The position numbers and the translations under genes were made by a program. Source: Podarcis gaigeae (lineage: Eukaryota). From it: 64,000 bases of DNA. The notes under the pieces were generated by a model. That model made no database searches. It had not been told where the DNA came from and worked only from the letters and a program-made list of their open reading frames with translations. The stretch lies in the NCBI GenBank assembly GCA_964106915.2, contig OZ066923.1, one strand, 5' to 3'. This document shows positions 53,401 through 64,000 of this stretch, one piece after another; the stretch's first letter is position 1; the number at the start of each line of letters is the position of its first letter.

Positions 53401-53619
53401 AGCTAGTGAGAGTCTTAAGGGTGGAGAGATGGAGAGGAGCACATGAACTGGAGAACAATTGTTCCATACAGTTAAGAGGTTAAGAAATGCTATAAATTCA
53501 CCAAACTGCAATGTCGGGAAACTTGGTAGCAGCATCTGAACATGGTAAAGTCATCCAAAAAAAGAAAAGAAAAGAAAAGAAAAGAAAAGAAAAGAAAGAA
53601 CAGGCCATCAAAATCTCAG

Positions 53620-53860
53620 TAGAAGAAGCCCCAGACTTGAAACTCAGTAACACCCATCGTATTATATCTTTAGGCACCAGACGAAAATATTTCTCTTCTC
53701 CCATGCCTTTGGCTAATTAAACAATCTATAGTCTTTTAAACTGTGAAGGGTGGGTGGATTATTTTATTTGTTATTATGCTATATATTTTTGTGTTTTTGT
53801 ATTGTAAACTACCTGGTGATTCTTGGATGATGGGCGCTATACAAATGTAGCTTATTATTG
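53620..53860 (+). mobile_element. L2 LINE 3' end
   Basis: Similar to 11360-11620. Confidence 0.6.
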
Positions 53861-54038
53861 TGATTACTGAACAGTATGAGCCCTCCAGGTAACCTACTTG
53901 CTTGCTAAGACTTTGCCTCTGTTGATCCTTACCAAAAGCGTGACAAATGTTTCTTAGGGGCCCTGCTTTGTATCTTTTAATATTTTTTCACTCTGTATAG
54001 ACCTACAGGACAAGGACAATCAGGAGTTACTCCTAGAT

Positions 54039-54522
54039 CAGAGGTGGATCACCAGCCCAGTGAAAGGGAGGGAGGGGGTGGAGAGATGCACGGGTAGGAG
54101 AGGAAGAGATGTTTGGTGTGTGGAGGGGAAACAGGTGGGGAATTCTGTATGTTTTGTATGTGCAATCTGTGAGAAGGTGGGAGAGTGTGACAGAGAGAGA
54201 GCAGGTGAAAAAGCAATGTGAGTGTGTAAAAGATTGAGTGTGGTGCATACCCAACTGCCCCAGAAAAACTGGGACATCCCATTCTTTCCTGCGAGGCAAT
54301 GGCAGCCATTTTGGGCACCTTGCTCTTACGTGATTTGGGGCCAAGATCTAACCCCTCAAAAAGTGTTTTCTTCAGGTCTGTGATCTCATGCAGCATGTCA
54401 AAACATGCTTTTTCGGGTCCATGATCTCGTGCAGGTCATGCAACTCACACACAGGTGGAGACCTGGAAGATAGCGCCTCATATTTCGGCCATGTTGTGTT
54501 GGAGGGTATGGTGGGGTGGCCA

Positions 54523-54569
<47 letters not shown>

Positions 54570-54671
54570 GTGTAATCAGTATTGCATGATTGTGCCCCAT
54601 ATGGCAGCTGTTTTATGGCTGGCACCCACAGCACTTGTCTCTCCTGGTTCAAAAAGGTTGGTGACCCCCTG
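54039..54671. mobile_element. Probable old hAT element containing a (GT)n tract
   Basis: Right end aaaaaggttggtgaccccctg; degenerate left end and TSD (tcctagat/gtgtagct); (GT)n at about 54526-54567. Confidence 0.4.
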
Positions 54672-55899
54672 GTGTAGCTTGTAAGAGTCTTTGAAGGTTT
54701 GTCCTTGATCTGGGAGATCCAATATTGTCTTTGATTTAAGACTCTCTCTTATCTGCCCTCTTCCTTCATACTGGCCCCTACTACGCTGCTTCTGCTCTTA
54801 CTGCTTTCTGTCATCAGCCCATGCATGTCGAGACAGACCTCAGAGGTTTCCTATTAGCTAGAGGCCTCAAGGAGCAAAACTGTATTCTCTAAAATCTCCA
54901 TGTTGTTAATTCTTGAAGAATATTAGGTCCCTTCTTTGCTGGTGTGTGACTCTTCATCCACACCACCTATGCTATGAAGAATGAACATTTCCTTCTCAGC
55001 AGGTGGTTAACGTGCATGGAAATTAATTCCGCAGATATTAAAAACTTGTTTTTAAAAGGATACCTCTAATTAAAGTTGAAGATAACTGTGGGTAGCTGTA
55101 GCTGTCAAAAGGGTAGCTGTAGCTGTCAAAAGTAGCTTGGCTTCAGTACACATGTGTCAGATTGAGATGTATTTCATGCAGAAGTCTATAAATATTCCCT
55201 TTGCTATCCATTCCTAGTAGGGGTCTATCAATGCTGTTTGTTTGAGGATTTGTACAACTTGCATCTAGAACAGTAATAAACATAGTGCTTGTTCAAGATA
55301 AATATACGTGTGTCCTATTAATTTCCTGGAACAGAGATCTCTTGCTTCCTATGGCAAATATATTCTTCAGCAGGAAAGGAGCAGTGCTTGAAAGCGGTGT
55401 TTTCTGATCAGTCTGACAAGCTTGGTGCCTTAATGGGGCTTATTAATAACAGAAGGCTCTTAGTGGCCAATTAATTCAGTGCTGCTGAAGTACTCTGTGC
55501 AGTTCACTAGTTGGTATTAAGTAGCTTAGGTCTAGAAAGGGTTTGTAGCTTTTCATTTCATCTGGGGAGAATTAAGGGAGTAAGAGCCTTTTCAGTATTT
55601 TAAGATCGACACTAGAAACCAATAGAATTTGTTCCATTTTTGTTTGTTTGTTAAAAACAACTTACAACAACAGAAGCAAGGTGGGTCCTAAAAATGTGCA
55701 TTTCAGTTGTTAAAAGCCAGAGTCAAGAGGTGTATCTTCAGCTTTCGTCAAAAGCTGTATAATGAAGGCGCCTGGTGCATCTGTGCATCTCTGTGGAGAA
55801 GAAGTTCCACAACTTAGGGGCTGCCCTCTCCCAGGCTGAGTCTCTAATATTTCTTTCCTGGGAAGAGTGGTTGAGAGGGCAGTGGCCAGCCAGCTGCAG

Positions 55900-56295
55900 G
55901 TTTGCCTGGAGAAAGCATTTTAGAGCCATTCCAGTCTGGTTTCAGATCTGGTTTTGACATTGAAACAGCCTTGGTTTCCCTGATTGATGATCTCTACTGG
56001 GAGAGAGACAGGGAGGATGGAACCCTGTTGGTTCTCCTTGACCTTTCATCAGTTTTTGACACCATGGACCATGCACCAATTACCTTAAAGAGTGCCTTCC
56101 CTAGTATGAACCATCTCAGAAGCTATGATCAGCAGCTGAGGCCTTGTAAGTGGTGCCACCACCAGGGTTTGCTTGGTTGGCACTGACCCATGGTAGGGCC
56201 TTTTCAGTGGTGGTTCCCTGGTTATGGAATGCCCTCCTAGTGAGGTGTGCCTGTGTCCATCATTATTCACTTTTAGGAGGAATTTGAAAACAATC
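55900..56295 (+). mobile_element. L2 LINE RT and 3' fragments, internally deleted
   Basis: LEPFQSGFRSGFDIETALVSLIDDL...LLVLLDLSSVFDTMDH, then the C-terminal AFSVVVP.LWNALP motif. Confidence 0.85.
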
Positions 56296-56573
56296 GGGGG
56301 AAAGCAAAGCAATGCGGGCTTTCTGCTATCTCCACTTTTCATGAGTGTGGGTACTGTCTGAGCTCCCTTTCTTATGCTGTGTTTTGCTATATAGGAGATA
56401 TGACAAGGCCCAGCCCATGTGGAGGGATCCATGTTGCAACTCATGGCAATCATTGCTGCAAATAAGGGGTAGGGGGAATTTGCCCAGATAGCTTCCACTA
56501 GGGAAGGTGCTGCAGCCAGCTGGCCTGTGCGCCAATTCTAGGTTGTGTAGACCTGTTCTTGATTACCCATCAG

Positions 56574-57253
56574 CAGAGACGTCTTTCCCATAGGGCTTAG
56601 TAGCTTGTTGCGCCAGGGTGCCGACCTCTCAGGGGCGCTCCAGCGAGTGGGGGAGCTGCGCGGCTTTGCCGGCGGCCTCCCCAGCTGCACCCCGCCAACC
56701 ATCTTTCCTTCCTACCCTCCTTGGGCCGCCCCCTCTGTGGGCGGGTGCATTGGTGCTGCTGCTGCTTGCGCTGCCCCCACAAGCCACTCCTCAACTCAGA
56801 GGCGTTGGCCGAGGATGGGCCGCTGCCTCCTCTCCCTCGGCTGTGGGAATCCCCTCAGCTACTGCCCACCTAGCTGCTGCCGTCTGAGTGAGCGGCTCCC
56901 GAGGGGCCTCCTCCGCGTCACTGGTGCCTGCCACCCCACCACCACCATTCCCCGGGGCACAGGTGGCGGGGTGGCAACCGCCTCCTGCTCCTCGAGCCAC
57001 TGGGCAGCAGCGAGAGCGCCGGCAGCAGGCTGTTGTTGTCAGGCAGTGGAGGAGGGGGGGTGCCCGGAACCTCGCAAGCGAGCGCGGGGTTCTGGCGATC
57101 TGGCCAGCTGTGCCACGGCCACCACATCGGCGGCGACTCCCGGGGTTACGAGGTGGTCCGCAAGTTGGACCCCGAGTTCTAAATTCTGGGAAAGGGAGGG
57201 GGCGCCGGAGGGATCTTTGCACCATGGCACCAGAAGTGCTTAAGATGGCCCTG
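56574..57253. mobile_element. GC/CpG-rich non-autonomous hAT-like element (680 bp)
   Basis: Imperfect TIRs cagagacgtctt / aagatggccctg (9/12); 8-bp TSD CCCATCAG/CCGATCAG (7/8). Confidence 0.7.
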
Positions 57254-60200
57254 CCGATCAGTTGATGTATTTGCCAGCCACAGCAGTATTGTGTGTATGA
57301 AACAGAAGGAGCAAGAGGCTATACTTATGCACAGTCAAAAAGAAACGTATGGTCAACCTGCTCTTTTTGATATGTAGCAGCAACCATTATTAGCATCTCT
57401 GGATGTGTTACCATCAAAAAGCTTCATTTTTTCCTCTTCAGGAAAGATTGTAAAAATAACGTTTTCCCATCTTCTATCCCTCAAGGGGATTTTGCTAAGC
57501 ATGCTTCAGCGAGCTATTATGCTGCATTACTATAAGATATACTTGTGGTATAAGAGAACGTTAGGTGAGATGAGTTGCTGCAGGCATAGCAGTGATCCAC
57601 AGCGGCCTTTCAGAACATTCCCTCTTGCCCAAAGTTTAAATATATGCAACAGAGAGAACTTTTGGCTGCTCAGTCAACTCTAGGCTTGGTGGATACGGAG
57701 GCAGATGAATCCAGCAGAAGCACTAAGGCCAAATTCAAGGACTTGCAATTTAATTGCTTAATAAATTCATATATTAGAATATTGCAGCATTCCTTGGTAA
57801 GGCCACTTGAAAATACAAAAAACAACAGCATGCAACAAAGGCTGCCAAGTAGTATAAACCACTTTTTCTAGCAAATCAATATGGAAGCAATCTTTGTTGT
57901 ACATCTTTTCATTAACACACTTGAGAAGTCAGTGTTTATTCCTATATTTGTTGCTACAGGACACTAATAGATATTTTACACTACATTAGGAACCTGGTTT
58001 TTTTGTTTTCCCGTGGTGATCAATCATAGCCTTTTTTGCTTTTGCTTATGAAGTATAAATTGCATGCATTGCAATAACATCAATTAATTGAAAAGTAAGG
58101 TTGAATGAGCACACTTCCACACCATCTGGAAACCTCTAACCTAAATAATAAATCCTGGAGTAAGATAGTAAATACATGTAAGCAGTTGGAAGCTCACTTT
58201 TAGATAAGCTTTGGTATGTACTTTGCATTATTTTAATTCTAATCTGATTTTAATTGGACTTCTGTATATGCTTGCCCTTTGTTGTTAACTGCCTCAAGCC
58301 CTTGCAGTGGGGTAGGCAAGCAATTTAAAATAAATGAAATGATTGCTCTGTTGGAACACGAAGCCTGCCCGGGGTGAACATATCATCAAGGTTAAACCCG
58401 GTTTTGTTTATGCTGCAGTGTTGTTTGACATGGCAAAGCACCTGCTAGCCTTGCCCAATATGTGCTAAACGCTGTATGGTCCCATCGTTGGGGATTTGCA
58501 AAGCTGAAGCACAAAGAGTGATTGTTACCAAATAAGCTGTAGTCACACAGTTCTACCAATAGCCTTAGGAGGGTTGGTTACCATGGAATCCACCATCTGT
58601 TCGCTCCCCACTGGAATGTGATTATCCTTGCTGTGTTGGGAACTGGGGAAAGCAGGGTAGTGTGTGCTGCCTGCAATTATCTGCAATGGAGTGTGTTAAT
58701 GGAAGGCTTGGATTAGTGTGCCGGAGAACGACGCAAGAAGAGATGTTTAAAAAAAAATCGAAAGCATAAGCGATTTCTCACCAAGAGGAGCGAATTCAGT
58801 TCATAAAAGGTAAGCACTAAATGCACGGTGCTATTGTTTCATTGATGCCAATGTGGCTTATGATATTGATATTTATCAATGAGCTCTTATTGTCAGCCAT
58901 TCTTTCTATAGATGCTGATCAGCAAGAGGGTGTGTTTGTGTGTGTGTGTGTTTGTTTCTGTATGGCGGAGCAAGAAAATGGGGGAGGGGGCAAGGCTCTA
59001 TTGTCTTATTTTTCAGTGGCTTTCTTTTATGGCTTTATTTTTTTAAAAGGAGAAAGTCTTGACAGACATCACTTTAATTTGCTTTTAGATAATGTTACCT
59101 AATGTACGTTACATTGCGTTTCTGCAAAGCATTCTGAGGGACATGGTAGATAGGCATGCTGCGTTTCATTGAATAATGATATCAACATGATTGCTATTTA
59201 AAGATTTATGTCTTTTAGGTGTCTGCTAATTTCTATGGTACTGTTACGGAACAGAATAGATAATGTGGTTTTGGTGTGAGGTACGTGTGCAGATGATGCA
59301 GGAAATAGCAATGACTGGACAGGAGGGAGGCTCATTTCTCTTCAAACATCATGGACTCGCCCCATTAGACATTATTGTCTAGAGACTTTTTTTGAACAAG
59401 TTTTCAGGGGGTGTGTGCATGTAGGAAACAATGCGCTGTGTTTTAGTAAAAGCAAAAGCTGGGGCAACACGGGAAAGTGTCATTCATTTCCTGATGCTTT
59501 TTTAAGAAAAATGGTATGGTTGGTGATGGTTTTTACTATAATTATTTTTGGGTGTGTGGTTTATGTCCAATGCATGGTTAATGTTTTTGTGTACAAATAA
59601 GATATATTCTTTGACTGAACAAGGGTACAAGCATTATTGTAACAAAAAAATACTAAGAGCAGCATTGCTTGTGTTAGGGTACCTGAACCCCTCTACCACT
59701 TTGGAGCTCATATGCTACAAATATCCATGGACTACGATATTTATTTTATATGTGAAGATGTAACCTATTAATTAAGCTCTGCCTGTCTTTTAATTCAACC
59801 AATACATCTGTCTGTTCGTGTGCTTCACATGTTAGTAGGTCAGTGTCTGGGAGGAACAGGAAAATGGTTCATGAATCACCAGGCTGGGAAGCAGAAATGG
59901 GGGAGGTATCAGATGTTTCATTGTTAGATTTTTGTTTCATTTGCTAAAAAAGAGTGGCAGCAAATCCTAGTCTTGTATGAAAGTGATGTGAGCCTGACTT
60001 AGTTTAGAGACTGCCCCCTTGATAGGCCCCCCTTTCAATCTGTGGGTAGTCAAGGGTGGCCTTTTTCATAAAGCTCTCTGAGTAACAGCCACAGAAATCC
60101 CTCCCCAGAGAGGTTCAGCAGAGCCCAAGCTCAGGAGCAACACACAACATCTTCTAATGCAGTGAATACGTATGAGCAGGAGTTCTGAGTTTAGTTCTCA

Positions 60201-60889
60201 TGGGATATGTCAATTTTTAAGGTGCATTGTATTATATTTCACATTTTTATATGCAGCATTTTCTGCTGAAATTGGGCCTCCCTCATTGCTGTGACCTCAT
60301 GATGCGCTTCCTTAAATTTCTGTCTGTTCCCAAATGCAGCGGGAGTTCATTGCCCTTACCTTCAGAACTCTCTGTGGCTTTCCTGATATGACCTGTGATC
60401 TTTGTTTCTTCCATCCAAACACCTATCGCCGTCTAATGGTCTGTTGCTTTCTCAAAAAACTCTCGCCTTCCTCCCTTGTCCATTCTATGCTTGGAACTGC
60501 CTCCAAGAACACCTGTGTGGCACCACTTCTTTCAGATTCTTAGCCCAGCTCACTTTTTCCATGAAACCTTTGCCACCAGCTCCTATATTCCCATATACAG
60601 TAACTTGACCTATAATTAATCTGAAGCACTGAACTGAAACAATCACATACTGCTTTCATGTTACTTTATCACCTCTGCTGTTTCTCCTCTATTGAGTTTT
60701 TGACGGTAACCTCCTTAGGCCTGGGACCTGGCCTGTGGTTTTCTACAGAGCAACTGTGCGCGTTGATAGGGCTATGATAACCAATTAATTCAATATGTTA
60801 GATGCTATGGGTTTATGTAGTGGTATATGGCTCACAAATACATGTTGACTCAGAAGTAAGTCCCTCAGTTACTCAGAAGTAAGCTGGAG

Positions 60890-61015
60890 AAGAGTTGTGG
60901 CTCAGTGGTAGAGTATCTGCTTTGCGCACAGAAGACCCCAGGTTCAGTCCCTGGCATCTCCTGGTAGAGCTGGGCCCTGGGAAAGATTCCCTGGCCTGAA
61001 ACCCTGAAGATGTTC
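60890..61015 (+). mobile_element. tRNA-derived SINE fragment
   Basis: tggctcagtggtagag (A box)...ggttcagtccctggcatctcc (B-box-like), followed by a non-tRNA body. Confidence 0.65.
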
Positions 61016-62124
61016 TGTTCTGTGATAGCGTGTTGATTTCACATGTGATTGGTATCTAGCTAATTTGATTCTGGCATTTGTTTTTATGAAACTCTACCTG
61101 TGCTGCCACATCTGCGGGGTTGTACACAGCTGTAATTTGCACACTTGTGGTAGTCCCTTTTCTTGGTACCACTGTTACACAAATTGTAGTGGTTGTGGTG
61201 CAGAACCCTTATGGAGATGCCCGTGCCCATTTAATGTAGGCTTTTCCTAGTTGATAACTTGGGTGCATGATCTGCTTGCTCCAGCTGTTCTCATGCTGAG
61301 CGTCCAGCAAGAAACATGAACCTAGGATGAGCAGGAATTAATGCTATGCCATCACTTTAAAAATCCAGTTGTTAAAAAGAAAAAAATCCTGGAGGTTTAA
61401 CCTGTATAGCTCAAAAGTCTGTATGCTGCATTCTGAAATGCTGTTGGTCCTAAGTTTTATATTTTTCTAGCTTGATGAACTTTGTTCTAATGGAACTCAT
61501 TTTCCAAGTAGTAATGTTTATACTTGTATGATAGGTGGCCCAGCTGGTTGCTGGTCATAGCCTTTACATGTGCCATTCAGGCAACTCACTTTAGGAAATT
61601 CATCTTTCCCTCTGGCGATTTGGAACAAGAGTCTTTATTAATGCTGTTCTACAAGGTTACAAAAGACGTCAAAAATGAATCCTGATTTTCTTTCTATAGA
61701 AGCAGAAGCACTGTCCTATTTCTTTTGTCATATCAGAAATGTGGCCACACAACATAACATGCTTAATGTGTGTTCTTGCTCACATATGGAAGGAGTAGTT
61801 GGTCAAAAGGAAGTCTGACATCGAGTAATTGAGTTTGACTAAATGTATAGAGTCGAAATGAATGGCAAATAAAACTGACCCAATTGTTTCCCAGAAACAG
61901 AGAAGGCTTTCTGCTTTTCCCTTTGACACATTATTCTGGAATGCTGTTGGGCATGACTTAGATTCATCTACTGCATTCAGGCTCTTGCCCTGCAGAGTTT
62001 AATTTTTTTGTTACATTTTCAAGGTTTTAATTTAAAACATATTGCTAAAAGCTTGTGGGATTTTGTTTTCAAAGGAGCCTCTCTGACTCAAGGTTAAAGC
62101 CTTTAGTCAGTTTGAAAAGGCATG

Positions 62125-62125
62125 A

Positions 62126-62180
<55 letters not shown>
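62125..62180. repeat. (GAAA)n microsatellite
   Basis: Directly visible. Confidence 0.97.
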
Positions 62181-62181
<1 letters not shown>

Positions 62182-62926
62182 CATGGGCCCTGCTTACAAA
62201 CCATGCCTTCAACTTCTGAGCAGTGAGGGAGTGAGAACAGCATTCCATGTTGGAGGGGAAATGAGCTGACATGGTTTTTGCCATTTCTGGGCAATCTAAA
62301 AAATCATTGAGATATAATATGATTTGTACTTTTGCAAGCTAAGGTAAAATTCTGATGTTTCTCCCCTTTTCTTCAATTCCTCGCAAATTGGGAATTGTGG
62401 TGACTTAGCACTAGTAGAAAGTGCTTACATTCAAGTTGGGGCAATGTGTTTTGCCTGCCCAAAACTTGTTCTAGTTTATGTACTTTCCACCTACTGCAGT
62501 GCCACCATTAGATGCATCCTATTTTCTTTTAGAAGTGTGAAAATGGTAAGATGATATTTTGCACAACCAGTGGCTAAACCAGGAAAAACCCCAATAAAAT
62601 TGCCTGCAAAATGGTGAAGGAATCAGTTTTTCAGGGAGGTGTAATATCCTATTTCTGGGTGTAGTTTTAAGGTGCCTCTCAAGCAGATGGACCAATGGTT
62701 TGACTCTGTATAAGGCAGCCTCCAATGTTCTGTTAAAGGCTGCTTGTCTACTGCAGAGCTTCCTCTGTAATGCACTATTGAGGTAGGGAGTACTGTATTC
62801 ACACACTTGACCTTGATCCACAATATTCAAGAAATCCATGCCACATGCAAAAAAGTTCCTTGGCACACAAGCTAAGGTGGAAAAAGTTCCTAAAGGCAGA
62901 AAGCTAGTGCTCCGCAGTTCTGTGTA

Positions 62927-63168
62927 CAGTCATACCTTGGATCCCAAACACCTTGCGAGTTGAACGTTTTGGCTCCCGAATGCCACAAACCCGGCAGTGA
63001 GTGTTCCAGTTTGCGAACTTTCTTTGGAATCCGACGCTGCTTCCATGGCTTCCGATTGGCTGCAGGACCTTCCTGCAGCCAATTGGAAGCCGCACCTTGG
63101 TTTCTGAACACTTTGGAAGTTTAACGGACTTCTGGAACGGATTCCGTTCAATTTCTGAGGTACCACTG
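62927..63168. mobile_element. Tc1/pogo-type MITE, second family
   Basis: ta|cagtcatacct...gaggtaccactg|ta; central 21-bp palindrome 63047-63091. Confidence 0.82.
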
Positions 63169-63172
63169 TACT

Positions 63173-63997
63173 TTGATATTGTATACAATTAAAAAACTTA
63201 ATATGGAAGGTCAAAGATGGACCTATGAGGAACTACTGGTAAAATCAGACAAAGGGTGGAAGCTCAGACCTTACGATGAACTGGAAGATAAATTAACAAA
63301 TTGGTTACAATTCTATCAAATTAATTCTTTATGGAACGAGCATAAAAAAATAGGGATGAGTGAGAAAAAGTCCAGATTTCAGGTGGAGATAATAGAAGGA
63401 AACTCCAAACTCCTATCTAAAATGTATAACCAACTATTGGACTGGGAAACCAAGGATGAGGAGGTAAAGGAGGTAATGATTAAATGGGCCATCGACCTCG
63501 GTTATAATCTAGACTACGACAGATGGGCGAAACTTTGGAACAAGGACATGAAATTCACGGCATGTGTTGATCTCCGAGAAAATTTACAAAAAATGATGTA
63601 CAGGTGGTTCCTCACCCCTATGAAATTAGAAAAAATGTACAAGACGGGGGATAAAACTTGCTGGAAGTGTAAGTCCAAAGAGGGTGATTTCCATCACATG
63701 TGGTGGGCCTGTGAAAAAGTGAAAAGGTTCTGGGGACTTATTTATGATGAATTAAATTTTTTTTTGAAATATACCTTCCCTAAAAAACCTGAAGCCTTCC
63801 TTTTAGGGATGGTCGGGAAGGAGATTAGGCCAGAAGATCAAACTATGTTCCAATACGCAATGGCAGCTGCCAGGATACTGCTAGCGCAAAACTGGAAAAC
63901 CTCCAATATTCCTACCATCAGAGACTGGCAATCCAAGTTATTTGAGTATATAGAGCTAGCAAGGATGACACAGAAGACCAGGCATCAAAAAAAGTAA
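63173..63997 (+). mobile_element. L1-clade LINE ORF2 C-terminal region, 5'-truncated, open frame
   Basis: 274 uninterrupted codons with the L1 C-terminal zinc knuckle CWKCKSKEGDFHHMWWAC and AAARILLAQNWK; stop TAA 63995-63997. Confidence 0.88.
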
Positions 63998-64000
63998 AAT

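Larger units (their letters stand above)
22096..64000 (+). other. FGD4: FGD4 intron 1 (runs beyond the window)
   Basis: No further FGD4-like exon recognised; region is TE-rich non-coding DNA. Confidence 0.65.

Noticed and set aside
55090-55131. 21-bp exact tandem duplication
   Set aside because: Real, but an ordinary local duplication with no functional cue.
56605-57265. 212-aa and overlapping ORFs as a nested gene
   Set aside because: Low-complexity GC-driven frames inside a TIR/TSD-bounded element.

Overview
Vertebrate genomic DNA, almost certainly from a lacertid lizard (Podarcis-type Sauria SINEs, a Squam3-type SINE, Bov-B, L2, CR1 and L1 LINEs, Penelope remnants, hAT and Tc1/pogo MITEs). 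It covers the 3' end of BICD1 (penultimate exon 8491-8566, last coding exon 11838-11922, 3' UTR), about 8 kb of intergenic DNA, the CpG-island promoter and first coding exon of FGD4/frabin (21918-22095), and over 41 kb of FGD4 intron 1. Gene names are recognised from memory of the mammalian peptides and the BICD1-FGD4 gene order; no search was run. Most ORF-track entries are spurious. Most notable: (1) a dual-coding BICD1 exon with two splice acceptors 10 nt apart that switch the C-terminus; (2) three solo LTRs of one family, each with its own 4-bp target site duplication (TSD); (3) a perfect 78-bp-arm Penelope palindrome folded back inside its hammerhead ribozyme motif; (4) a four-fold tandem amplification of a probable transposon terminus; (5) a tRNA-Lys/CR1-tail mini-SINE; (6) a hAT element forming a CpG-rich island in FGD4 intron 1. 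I found no convincing evidence of a wholly new multi-gene system.
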